Assembly: GCA_024626585.2 (NCBI GenBank)
Contig: JANKJI020000002.1
Span: forward strand, 60,143,813 to 60,174,298
Direction: 5' to 3'
Source of the DNA: Ginkgo biloba
Taxonomy: Eukaryota; Plantae; Ginkgophyta
Length of the DNA stretch: 30,486 bases
The notes under the pieces are model-generated. The model was not told the DNA's origin. It saw nothing but the letters and a program-made list of their open reading frames with translations, and did no database searches. Of this stretch, positions 1 through 12,100 are shown piece after piece (position 1 is the stretch's first letter; each line of letters starts with the position of its first letter). The position numbers and the translations under genes were made by a program.

Positions 1-230
1 ATTCCTAATCATAACTTCCGAAAGAAGTTATGAGGAGGTTATTGTTTGGGTGTCTTTTAAATAGACCCCCTACCCATTGTATTATTCATTCAGACATTGA
101 GTTGTATCAGATCAATTTCGAAGTACTGCAATAAAATAAAAAAATCTGTGGTAGACCAATTCTACCTAGAAACCTTGTGTTGGTTGTTGATTCTTGATTC
201 CTTGTTTACATTCGTGATCCTTAGTTCACA
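1..230 (+). mobile_element. 3' part of a 5' LTR of an LTR retrotransposon (probably Ty1/copia)
   Basis: Ends in TTCACA (230) 2 nt before a tRNA-Met PBS. AATAAA at ~130-140. Shares the exact 17-mer GGTAGACCAATTCTACC (150-166) and the TTCACA terminus, at near-identical spacing, with the copia 3' LTR at 18003-18341. Confidence 0.75.
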
Positions 231-232
231 TA

Positions 233-244
233 TGGTATTAGAGC
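233..244 (+). promoter_or_regulatory. Primer binding site (initiator tRNA-Met type)
   Basis: TGGTATTAGAGC is the canonical TGGTATCAGAGC with one C>T change, directly after an LTR ending in CA. Confidence 0.8.
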
Positions 245-1055
245 GTAGTTCGGGAGTAGTACGTGGATTTGAGTGTGAAGAATCGAAGAAGGGTTTTCAA
301 AACCCTGGTTGCAGTACATGTTTGAGGAATTTGAATTTTTGAAGCGGTTCCAACCCTAAAGGGAAAGAAAAAAAAAAAATCGAGTTTGCAGGTGTTTGTG
401 AAGAAGAAGGCGAAGAAGCCTGTGTTAGGGTTTCATAGATTGAAGTTTGTGCACAGAGAACTTCAAGTTTGTGCACAGAGCTGAAAAACTGGAGTCAACA
501 GTCCCAGGAGGTTGCAGTCATCCACTTTGTACGGATGATGCATTTGTGTCTTTATTGCTTGAAGGAAATGACCTAGGTCATGTGGCTATGGTGATACAAA
601 GGCGCGACTGTAGAAGAAACGCGCTCAATCTTGTGTGTCGTGCAGTGATGGGAGAAAGCGCCAACGTCTGGAAGAACTGTGCCCTAGTAGACATCGCCGG
701 TGGTGAAAAACGTGGGGAAAGGATGTCGCGATTTGTGAGGGAGTGCAACTGCATCTCGTTGAGGAGGAAGACTGCAGTTGGTGTTTGGGGTTGTGCCGCG
801 AAGGTGAAACNNNNNNNNNNNNNNNNNNNNNNNNTAGCCCGGCACCACTGTTCGAAAGGAATCGTGTGCCCCGCGATAAGCAGGAGTTCATGGTGAAGCC
901 GTGTGAAAGAAACCTAGCCATGCTTACCTCGTGGAAGAACACCCAGCCAGACACGAAGATCCGACAGGTGCAAAGATCGTAAGACCTGGGCATGCTACAC
1001 GAACAAATTGCAAGCAATCCACTAAGAAATTACAGGCGCTGAAGAATTTTGAAAA
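245..1055 (+). mobile_element. 5' internal leader region of the same LTR element; no recognisable gag before the gap
   Basis: Directly follows the PBS. Purine/GC-richer than its surroundings. ORFs have no recognisable motifs. Contains a small duplication of AAGTTTGTGCACAGAG (443-480). Confidence 0.5.
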
Positions 1056-1189
1056 NNNNNNNNNNNNNNNNNNNNNNNNNNNNNNNNNNNNNNNNNNNNN
1101 NNNNNNNNNNNNNNNNNNNNNNNNNNNNNNNNNNNNNNNNNNNNNNNNNNNNNNNAATAGGTATGTTGGATGGTGACTTTGTTTACGCA

Positions 1190-2770
1190 ACTAACTCCTT
1201 TGCCTCACCTAAAAGAAAAGAGATTTTCTTTTCCTCTATTTGAGATAGTAGGATAGTAGTGCTTTGGTGTTTTGTAGACTCGTCTTCCCTTCCTTAACCT
1301 ATAACTATTTCTTCTATAGGAGATGGCTCCTGATCATACATTTATGGGCTTCCCAGCAATGTACTTGCACCATCTATAGGAATTACATCACACAACACCT
1401 CATCAACAAAAATATATGTAATTGCAATTTTTACCTTATATTGTTGAGTTACTATGAATTTGTGTTTGAGGCTGATCCATTGAAGCTCATATGGTTTAGG
1501 ATGTGGAATGGCCACAAGGCCAAAAGAAGTCCCTAAAGATTCTAGAATAAAGTTTTCTTGACTACCTGCATCAAATACACTTGATACCACTATGATCTTA
1601 ACTTGGATCTTAGTGTGAAATAGTCTGTTTTGCTCTTGCTCAATCCTCTGGTATGTATGTTTCATCACGAGTTCAATGTTTGATTTGGTTCATCAGTTGT
1701 TAAAGCAGCTTCATGCTTCTCTTTTGGGTCTTCTTTGTGGACATGAACAGTTTTACATTGTTTTTTTATTTGATCAACAATTTTCTTTAGAATGTCCCTT
1801 AATTTTTTAAGATTACAAAAAACTTTGAGATCATTACCTCTCATCCCTTTGGATTGGTTGTTGTGGCCTAGAGCTTTCTTTTCCTTCATTATCTCCTCCG
1901 TTGTGACATGTTTGGATCGACTCCTTGCCTCCACTTTAAGAGAAAAGTTTAAGTGCTAGTCTTCCAGGGGTCAAACTCTTATAGTCTACTAACGTAGAAT
2001 CCTCCAACAAACTTCAAAACCATCTTATCTATAGATGCTTGTATGTGTATTTTGATTGCTAGCCATATTATGTAATACATCTATGCATTGATCCACTATT
2101 TGGTTCTTTATGTTTTTGAAACGTTGCTGCTTTTTGTAGAGGTTGCTCATGTAGCCTAAAGGGTAGAATTTACTCCTCAGTAGGGTCTTGAATTGCTCCC
2201 ATATAGTAATTGGTTGATTGTGTGGCTGANNNNNNNNNNNNNNNNNNATTGCATATTTCACCATTCTTAATGTAGTCGATGAAATCTTGTGTAGGTCATT
2301 AGACTCTTTAGTACCATAGTAGGCCTCTAAATCTTAGATCCAATCATCAAATTTTCTACATCAATGGTTCCATCATATGCCTTTACCTCCAACTTCATAT
2401 CCACATTGATTCCTCTAAGCCCACGCAAAAAACTTGTAGTGCTCTTTGTAAGAACTCCTCTACATTGCAACCACCAATCCATGTGTCTTTTTGCCATGTA
2501 TCATTGTTTCATTAGGAGCATCGTAGATTAGGCTTTCTACTTGCTACTTAATAATTTTGTCTTCTTACTTATCTACTCCTGGTGGTTCTATTAGCAATTA
2601 TTGGGCCCACATGCCAACATTCTCACTTATTTCCTTGGCCTTTTCTCTTTTCAAGGCCAAATTTTCTCCACTTATCTGGCTTGTAATGCGGATTATCAGG
2701 CTCACTCCTTGTATTCTCCACTTTTGCCTTGGTTTATTTTATCTCCAAGTCTAGCTTCGTTCTACCTTTA
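1190..2770 (-). mobile_element. Degenerate Ty3/gypsy gag + aspartic protease (CRM/chromovirus-like)
   Basis: Minus-strand fragments: LEVKAYDGTID..DDWI (gag N-terminus), PITIWEQFKTLLRSKFYPLGY (retrotransposon gag), LFHTKIQVK...VFDAGSQENFI...HPKPYELQW...DEVLCDVIPID..LLGSP (protease, DSG motif as DAG). Stops and frameshifts throughout. Confidence 0.85.
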
Positions 2771-3039
2771 AAATNNNNNNNNNNNNNNNNNNNNNNNNNN
2801 NNNNNNNNNNNNNNNNNNNNNNNNNNNNNNNNNNNNNNNNNNNNNNNNNNNNNNNNNNNNNNNNNNNNNNNNNNTAATCCATACCCTATCACATGTGGCT
2901 TTATTGATCTACAAACTAGATATTAAATAGGTTCTTGTGAAGGATAGTTTCTAATAAGGTATCATATTTGACTGCCTACCCTATTAGAAACTATTTGCAG
3001 CATTCCCTCGCCGCCCTATCACAAAGCCTTATTAAAAGA

Positions 3040-3900
3040 GTTAAACACTACACAATCATTATCTAAATGGCTTTCAAAACATATACTGCACACTTGCTTC
3101 AAGGCATTGGGAACCAATATGCCCATTTTGCTTACATCCTAAACAAAATGCGTCTTCCTTTCTTGACTGCTACCTCTAACTTCTGTCCTATCTGCAAAGT
3201 AATCATATATTGTATTAAGGAAGAAAGTACTTCCTCAAAATCAAACAAAGCATCGATAAATTCAACCCTAGCAATTCCACTCCCTCTGACTAGCAAATTA
3301 TCCTTCAAAGTGAAAAATTTGACAATATTTTCATGCTCATCCCATTTCCGAAATGCATATCATACAACAAGCAACCTTCCTAAATTTCTTTTAAAGGCGG
3401 ATCTTTTGTCCTCAGCCCTAATTATAGATCAATTTAGTTCTTTCCTCCCCCTCAATCGCTGCAAGAAATTCACTTTTCAACGTATATTCAAAATTGTTCA
3501 TGTTTAGGACAATGTTGTACTAACGTATTACACATCCAAATACATTGTTCTAACATTTCCCTAGGCCCTTGTTGAATCCTCAAAATCTTTTCCTTCAATT
3601 CTCTTCATAATTGAAAGGTCAATATTTCTACAAACACATTGTTTCCAATTCATCTCACTTGATGATGGTATTTTTTGGAAACACCCTTAAACCATCTACT
3701 TGTAGCAAATTTTAAAATTAGAGGATAAATTTTAATTTTTTGTTGATCACTCCTATAATTGTTTCTATCACAATTTGAATTAGAGAAAAAGACAAACAAT
3801 CAAATAAACGATCTTCAAGATTCTCATTATGTTTTCCATAGAAAATAGAAAGATCACCTATTGCTCGTCGTATTTAATCATGTCTTGCACCATCATACTT
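3040..3900 (-). mobile_element. Degenerate Ty3/gypsy gag (Athila/Tat-like) with zinc knuckle
   Basis: Frameshifted minus-strand motifs in gag order: LSIFYGKHNE (~3825-3856), SRWFKG/FPKNTIIK*DEL (~3650-3700), LKEKILRIQQGPREMLEQC (~3545-3600), CSICFESHLDNDC (3052-3090). Confidence 0.65.
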
Positions 3901-6519
3901 GATACAAAAAGAACCCATTTTTACCTCATCACCACATAAATGGATTACTTGCAATATTTCAATGCCAGCATTCTTTCTAATGGGATTCTTGTAACTTTTC
4001 CTTCCCGAAGCTAAAACATCAATTTGGAACTTAAATAGTTCCTTGTTTCTTCCTTCAAAATGATCCCAAAATGATGATATTTCATATATAAAGGAGATCC
4101 TCACCTATCAAATTCATGAATCTAACACTACTTTAAAAATGGTGAGTATAAGTAGTAAATAGAATACACCATTTAAGCTCCCAAAATAAGAGAAGAAAAA
4201 AATCAATTAAAACTTAATTTTTAATTGTTTAAAAGAGAAATTATAACTTAGCATTTGATGAAATTTAAAAAAAAATGGAAAGATGAATAATTGGAAATTA
4301 AACTACAAAAGCTTAAAACTATTATTTTTATTACTAAGATCCCTTAATGTGATACCTTTTCATTCTCATAAACCTATGAATCCCATACTGAGCCTTTATA
4401 TAACTAAAATATACTTGTGTAAATTATCTAACAAATTTATCAAGAAGATAGTAATCATGTTTGTATGCATTAGTAATCCATCCTAATTTCCACACCCTAT
4501 GCCGAATTACACTACCGCCACTAACTAGTGACATACATAATGTATGCATAGATGTAGTCTACCCTAAGTTTTTCTATTTTATTCTTTAGATATTTTAGAA
4601 GAGAAGTACATAATATTACCTAAAATTAGTACCTAGTTGTAATAAAAAGACATCCTAATCCACTTCTAATATGTACCCAAAGTTAGGAGTAGGCCTTATC
4701 TAATAACTTAAAATTCTCTTATCATCTAATCCTAAGTTTATAAGTACATAGGATATGCCTTTATCATAGATAATTGAAGGTTACTAGGTGATTTATCTAT
4801 TCCTATCATGAACACCAATGATGTAAGGTTCTAGTATCCCTTCTATTTGACAATTGATAATCCTATAAGACCTAGGATGATAAAAGACAAAAATAAGCAC
4901 AAAAGAAAGTTTTCTTGTCATGTAAGTTTGTAGCCCTTAGTAAAAGCACCAACTCTAAGTACAATTCCTTATCCATTAGATTATTAAAGTCAAATATATA
5001 ATTTATCATAAAACTCATACAAACAAAAAGATAGAATAATTAGGTTAGGATGGTAAACCACCTATCCTTGCCTTTGGTTCCATTACTAGAAACCAAACTA
5101 ATATTGATTATATTCATAGAAAAGGATTTAAATACCAACAACTAGAGAATAGTGAGCAACTAGTTGTCAAATATCTTCCAAAATTAGTCAAGTAAGTACA
5201 ATGAAACTAAAAAATTGTCAATACTTCAAATATATTTTCTTGAACTTACCTAGTTCTAACAAATATTAGGCACTAATTGACTACTTGATTCTCTCTTATA
5301 AAGACTTCTATCATAAGCAAGTAATTATATATCATTTTCATTACAAGTTTTGACATAGGGAATAGAAAGAATACGAAATACTAACATAAAAATATTATTT
5401 GTCATTTTCCTAATTACTACCTAAATGCTCCTGATATTAATATTGGATAATTATTTTTGTAGTTTATAGTTTTCTAATTGATTTCCACTAGCTATTTGTG
5501 AATAGTGAGTACTAAATCAACATTTATCACTTCCTCCATGCCCTTTTGTTCTGACTAAGGTAAGATTTAATGACTTTGAATTTTAATGCTACAAAGGCCA
5601 AAGGAGTTTGCTTTTAAATTTTAGCACAAGAAGTAAATGACATTATACTCATTTTCCACATAAAAATATAAAAAAAATAATTTCCCATGATGCTTATGAT
5701 ATTAATATTTTTCTATACCTAAATTAAAGTTTTCTTAAGGGTGGTAAGTTTTAAAAAAATTGCATTTGATTTAAAACAATTAAAACGAGTGTTTTATCTT
5801 CATGTGATTAGAACAAAAGATTGATGTGATTATGATTTTAATTATTGATCATTTATAAAGATAATTTTTATATTGATTTATAATGATAATTGAGTTGTTT
5901 TGATATAAGTAGCTAACATATAGAAGGCATAAGAATAACATTACTCAATCAATAAAATTTAGGTGTTATTAAAAGTGAATAATAGAGTGTATAAGCCACT
6001 TGGTAGGAGTCATAATATTCAATTAAATATGATAATTATATCTTTATTTAATTAGATTTATTATTAATAATGATTGTATATTTATTGTGTAGCTCCTTGA
6101 TGTTTATATTTATAAGTAAGTCATTTGTTTATAATTTGATGTACTGGTAAAGTTATAATTCAAATAAAGCATTAAACCTAGATAAGGGATTGCCATGTCA
6201 TTGTTATTTCCATTATTTCTAATAATATTGTTTTCCTTGTGTATCCTATTAGTCATGGAATTTAATAGTTAGACCTTAGAAATATAACTAAACCATATTG
6301 GAATAATTTTTGTCCTAAGGTTTAGTATAACTTTTAAGGTCTAAGTACAACAAGTATTAGATATCATACCTATCACATCAAAGAATTAGCATATTTAGCA
6401 CTAACTTTTATATAATAATGAGAATCAAAGTAATGACAGTGATATTACATGAACAACTATACAACTTCTAATACTATATAATAATTATTATATAATATTA
6501 TCATATAACATTCATATAG

Positions 6520-7340
6520 ATCATATGAATGTTAAAATAGTATTATGTAATCACTAATACAAATATGAAAAAAATAATAACCTATTATTCAGGATTATGC
6601 TACCTTTTGGTTCTTGTTACACAAATAAAATATTAAGCTACAATCAAACCCATTTATTGAATTTGCAAAAAATTGTCCCTTAGTAATATAAAGCTCATAT
6701 TTTCAAGGTTTTACAAATAGTACTAGTTGTTTATCAATAAAAATATTCATGTATACCTTTTTAGATTAATACTACTAGATCATATTTTGATCCACAAATT
6801 ATTATTGACATAAAACTAAATGCGTCCATTTGAAAAGGAGTTTCTAAAGACTATTTTCATTAAGGAATAATATAGTATGTTATTGCATAATAACACCTTA
6901 CCAATCTTTAGTTGTTTTCTTCCATGAAAAATGTTAAAAATATCTCAAAATACATATATCTTCACTTACAAGTTTCTTAATATGTTATTATTGCAAGATA
7001 ATGTGTTTTCAAATCATATCTTTTAATCTTACCTATAAAAATATTTAGTAGTTTTTCCACATGTTACTAGAGATATATTTTTAATACTTTCTTCTTTTAT
7101 AGTAACCTTTTACATCATTGTATCCTTATCTTGACAAAAGATTTTTCTTTTAATAATAGTTATTTTATTTTATCCATTCTAGTACAATTTGTGTTGGTAT
7201 TTTACTATTGTATTACATCTTTTAGGAATCATCTTGTTAATGATCACATGTTAGTATTGTTGTAGAAAGGCCATTAGACTCCAACAACCACAACTAAAGT
7301 CAAAAATAAAAATTCATTGAAATAAGTATAGTAATTTTAA
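6520..7340 (-). mobile_element. Extremely decayed Ty3/gypsy pol remnant (RNase H C-terminus + integrase)
   Basis: Short motif traces in the expected order, needing frameshifts: LYLFQ(E)F..DH(L)..R (~7230-7330), ILR..VSED..FH (~6920-6985), PFQ.W-like (~6820-6840), FNKWV (~6647-6660), ISD (~6550). Very AT-rich. Confidence 0.4.
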
Positions 7341-8354
7341 AAAGCCCTCATAGACATGATTTTTCTTATACAATTAATACGATCATCATTTACAATTTAT
7401 ACATGTTATAATATGACAATCTAATTTCTTTATGTTAGATTTCGAATTGGATCATCGTAATATCATTACTAATTGAGCACTATAATTTAAATAGATATTA
7501 ATTATAGAGGCCTTATTTATAGGATTCTATAATATGTACTTACATAACATCATATTTAAAATGAATTAACTTGATACAATATAAAATAGGTAGATAGTTA
7601 AGCTATTATCACTATGTTCAAGAAAGTAATGGTTTGAATTTCGAGATATGACTCTTCTCTTAGTTGTCTCTTTAAGGTCATGAATGTGATTGAATTATAG
7701 TGGTTGTAAGTTGGCCATATGTATATGATACAAGTAAGTGATAGACTAAGGGCCCAAAATACTAAAGAGAGATAAAGTCCAACAAAAGGATAAAGTAAAA
7801 GGGGAGCATATTCTTGTTCCTAACTCTAAAGTTCCTTTACCTAAGGAAAGCCATAGAAGAGTTATACAATAGGCTCTAATTGGCCATACATGGGGTATTT
7901 ATTGTCTTAGCATCCAAATTTAGATGGTCTATATTTGCTTGCTAAACCATCATGAAGAACATGCATGATCGAGGTTAGATCTAATGAAGAAGGATACTTA
8001 TTAGCTTTAATATTCATAGTGGTAAGGAGATGATAATATCATAAATAAGACACAATATGGGGCTAAAAATCTACCTTGTTTGATGACCAGGTTTGATACC
8101 AAAATCTTTCATGGTTTCCTTCTGGGGTCTTAGGGGTAGTGTCGCTTATCACTTTAGGGTCTTACAACTCAAGATTGATTATAATACCTACATATAGTTT
8201 AAAACCTTAAAGTCCTATGATTTTGTCTAAGAAAAGTACTAGTTGAATGAATTTGCCCAAATCATAAGAAAATCCCCAAATTACAAGAAAGTACAAGTTG
8301 AGATATACTGTCAAATTTTAGAAAGTGGAAAAAAGTTTGTGAAAAGAAAAAAGT

Positions 8355-8690
8355 CACACCCTTTGTCACAACAAAATATTGAGTCATGAGAAAATTCACT
8401 TTTTTGGGGAAGTCGACAAAATTTTTCAACAGGCCAAAAAGGCATACCCTTTATCACAATAAAATACCAATTGTGTAAGTTTTTGAAAATTCAATACAAG
8501 TTTGCAACTAAGGAACAAGTTGCATCTTTTGTCATGATAAAATATTGAGTTACGAGAAATTCTCGAATTCCAAAGAGTTGTTAAAAGTTCACGATTAGGA
8601 AAAAATTCATGTACTTTGTTGCAACAAAATACCAAGTTGCAAGAAAATGAAAAGTCATGAAACTTAGTAAATATCACGATTTAAGAAAAT
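8355..8690. repeat. Degenerate tandem repeat, ~80-88 bp monomers forming a ~165-bp A/B dimer
   Basis: Core CTTTGTCACAACAAAAT recurs at 8361, 8449, 8527 and 8614. Copies 1 and 3 continue ATTGAGT; copies 2 and 4 continue ACCAA. Confidence 0.6.
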
Positions 8691-8976
8691 TGTCTCACCT
8701 AGGTAAAAACGATGTGATTATGATGAGAAAAGTTTGGTGCCAAGTCATCTCGTTGGAAGGTTGAAATAAATAATTATGGTCACTAATTCAACAGTTTCCT
8801 AGAGAAGGATAAAAGCTCTTGAGAGCTCATTTTGAATGGGAATTCATTTTCAATGTTAAATAGAATTTGGCTTGCATTGGCTTTTGTGTGACAATAATCA
8901 TTTACAAATATGGATGGTATTCAAAGTTTATGTTAATTTTTAAATCCGTTTATTTAATCCAGAGTCTTACTCGCAG

Positions 8977-9164
8977 ATGCAAATGCTCCTTTGGAAATGG
9001 TTAAATGTCGTCAAGGATCCTACTTAGAAACTGGATTGAATTGCAGAACATCAGAACTATTTGATGTAATTATTTGTGGCGGTACCCTAGGCATATTCGT
9101 TGCCACAGCTTTAAGCCTAAGAGGGCTTCATGTAGGAGTTATTGAGAGGAATATACTGAAAGGG
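8977..9164 (+). CDS. cruP: CruP-like exon: FAD-binding Rossmann motif
   Basis: Acceptor tcgcAG (8976), donor GTAAGG (9165). Encodes ANAPLEMV...FDVIICGGTLGIFVATALSLRGLHVGVIERNILKG. Confidence 0.9.
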
Positions 9165-12100
9165 GTAAGGTGGTACTTCCAATGTTACATCCTGATGTCT
9201 TATTCCATTTTGTATTGTTGTGCAGACATTTAATGTATTCAAAGGTTACAATTGTATTCTCACAAATATTTTTGAACTCAGCGAGCACAGGAGTGGAATA
9301 TATCAAGGAAAGAACTCATGGAACTTGTAGAAATTGGAATAGTATCAGAGCATGAAATTCAAAAGGTCATTGCAGTAGATTTCAACCCAGTAAGTCCATT
9401 CTTTTGCCCTTTTTATGTTTTTGTCATTTCATCTAGAACATAAAGCAAATGCTCTGCTCGACAAAGAAAATTCACATAACTTGCCTAGGATTTGCTGGAG
9501 TTGTTATACATAGGCAGCTTTTTTCTTGATATAGCATAGGAATCTTGATGGGATAGAATGATAGTTTGGCATCATCTGAATTGAATTATTTCTCTGTTTT
9601 TGCTCCAGAATAGGTGTGGGTTCAAGGGCAGAGGAGAAATTTGGGTAGAGGACATTCTTAATCTCGGTGTTTCGTGAGTTCTATCCCATTATTAACATTT
9701 GTGTGTGAGAGATAAAACTCTCTTCAGATATATATATATATGATCCATGAATATATACTTAACTGTGTTGCTACTAACATTATGAATGTAAGTATAACAA
9801 AATCCAAACAGAATATCAAACATGGTGAGTCCTTAAATCTGGAAAGCATGAAGTGCCTGAACCTCTATATATTTCTATATAGGCATACATCCATGTCAAT
9901 CACAATCATTGAATGCTCATAGCAAGAATATTCTGTTTATTTATTCACATAGTGTGAAAGAATGTGAAGTTTTTCTTGTTATGATGTAATCACAAAAATT
10001 TACCATGACATGGTGGACAAAACAGTTGATGGATGCAACGACAAAAGGTATCATGTTGCTTCTTTTGGATGACATTTGGGGGAAAAGATTTTGGATCCAA
10101 ATTAGTAATTCGGATGATCCCATCCCACCGGATAGAGGAAGAGCTACAATGGTGCAGAAGTTATCTTGATAAAAGGTTGGTGTAGTAATCCAACACAAAC
10201 AAGAAGTGCAGATAGGAAGAGGAATGCATTATTTGACTAAGAATACAGCTAAAATCCATTATCCAATACATGCATGAATCTCAATGGAAATGAAATAAAT
10301 AAGTGTAGTGAAAGTTTCTACACAATTACCANNNNNNNNNNNNNNNNNNNNNNNNNNNNNNNNNNNNNNNNNNNNNNNNNNNNNNNNNNNNNNNNNNNNN
10401 NNNNNNNNNNNNNNNNNNNNNNNNNNNNNNNNNNNNNNNNNNNNNNNNNNNNNNNNNNNNNNNNNNNNNNNNNNNNNNNNNNNNNNNNNNNNNNNNNNNN
10501 NNNNNNNNNNNNNNNNNNNNNNNNNNNNNNNNNNNNNNNNNNNNNNNNNNNNNNNNNNNNNNNNNNNNNNNNNNNNNNNNNNNNNNNNNNNNNNNNNNNN
10601 NNNNNNNNNNNNNNNNNNNNNNNNNNNNNNNNNNNNNNNNNNNNNNNNNTTCCAATGACCCTTCACCTTCTAGTGGTCAATCAACTTTTGGTGACTGTTG
10701 AATTTTTAGTGGCCTTTCAACTTTCGATGGTCTTCCACTTCCAATGATCGTTCAACTTCTGTCGCTCATTCAACTTTCAATGGCCTTTCAACTTCCATCA
10801 GTCGTTCACCTTTTGATGCTTGTCCGACATTTGGTGGCCTTTCAACCTCTAATGGCTATTCATCTTCCTATGCCTATTTTAACTTCCAAGGGCCTTTCAA
10901 CTTTCAATGATGTTCACCTTTTGGTGATTGTTTAGCTTCTAGTGGTCGTTTAGCTTTTGATAGCTATGTGAGGCCTCAATCAACTTTGCTAGTCTTTAAT
11001 AATGGTCCTTTTGGCTATGTAATGCATCCATGCAATGCCTTAGTCTTACCACTAGAGAATAATCCCCTTTAGACAAGGGAGGCCAATTGGTACTTGTAAT
11101 AGTTAGGAGATTGCAAAGTCCCCAATTTGATCTTTGTATGAAATGTAGGTGATAATGACCTGGGACTCTAGGGTTCTTCAACCACATGCTTAGTGTCTGA
11201 ACTTAGAACTCATTTGTTGACTAATAGCTATACTTTGGACTCCTCTATCAACCCAACGCCATAGTGCCTCACCCTTATTTGGGACATTTGGCATAAGCTA
11301 ACCTTGCTAAAAAGCCTTTCTTTCAACATCCATGCCCATGTCACTCATAAAACAAGGACAATAGTATTAAGCTTTCATTCTCACATACTTGCATCTTACC
11401 CTAGAAAACAAGTATAAATTTATTAAAGATGGGAAACATTTCCTTGTCAAGGCCAATTAGCATAAAGAGGAAATCTCTTCAATCTCTGTGAATCAGGCAA
11501 AAAGGTTGATCAATGCTAATGAGAAAATATGTGATGTTGATTTTAAAAGCAACAGACGACAAAGCTGGTGAAGCAAAGGTTTCATATGACAATGGCTCAA
11601 TTGATCAAAAAAAAAAACTTGACCATCTTGTTTTGAAATATCAAGAAATTTTCTTAAAGCCTAAAGGGCTTCCTCCCAAGAGGCCAATTGAACATGAGAT
11701 TCAATTGATGCCAAATTTAGTTTTACCCAATTTGGGTCTTTATAGAACTTCTTTATTGGAGAGTGAATAAATAAGGAAGCGAATTTAAGATTTCCTAGAA
11801 TAAGGAGACATTCATCCTAGTATGTCCCCTTGTAGATGGACTATTTTTCTTTTCCCTAATAAGGATAGCTCATGGAGGATGTGTGTTGATTTTTAGGCAC
11901 TTAATAAGATCATCGTGAATAATTGATATCCATTACCAAGGATTGATGACCTGTTGGATCAGCTATAAGGGGATAATTATTTCACAAAACTAGATCTAAA
12001 TTTTAGTTATCATCACGTTAGAATCAAAGAGGAAGACACATGGAAGATGGAATTTAAATCCAAGTAAGGTCTATTTGAGTGGTTAGTAATTCCTTTGGGT

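Noticed and set aside
3067-3507. 146-aa plus-strand ORF
   Set aside because: Antisense shadow of the decayed minus-strand gag; no recognisable protein features.
8089-8101. Minus-strand PBS-like AGGTTTGATACCA
   Set aside because: Only 8 consecutive nt match, and there is no adjacent TG LTR terminus.
8991-9355. ORF-track entries 8991-9233 and 9170-9355 as stand-alone genes
   Set aside because: The first is an exon read through into the intron; the second is an off-frame overlap of the next exon.
10005-10170. NB-ARC kinase-2-like LLLLDDIW motif
   Set aside because: Isolated motif with no P-loop or RNBS context. It resembles the copia integrase DD..W motif about equally well.
10259-10747. Long ORFs spanning N-runs, here and at other gaps
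   Set aside because: They are open only because N codons contain no stops.
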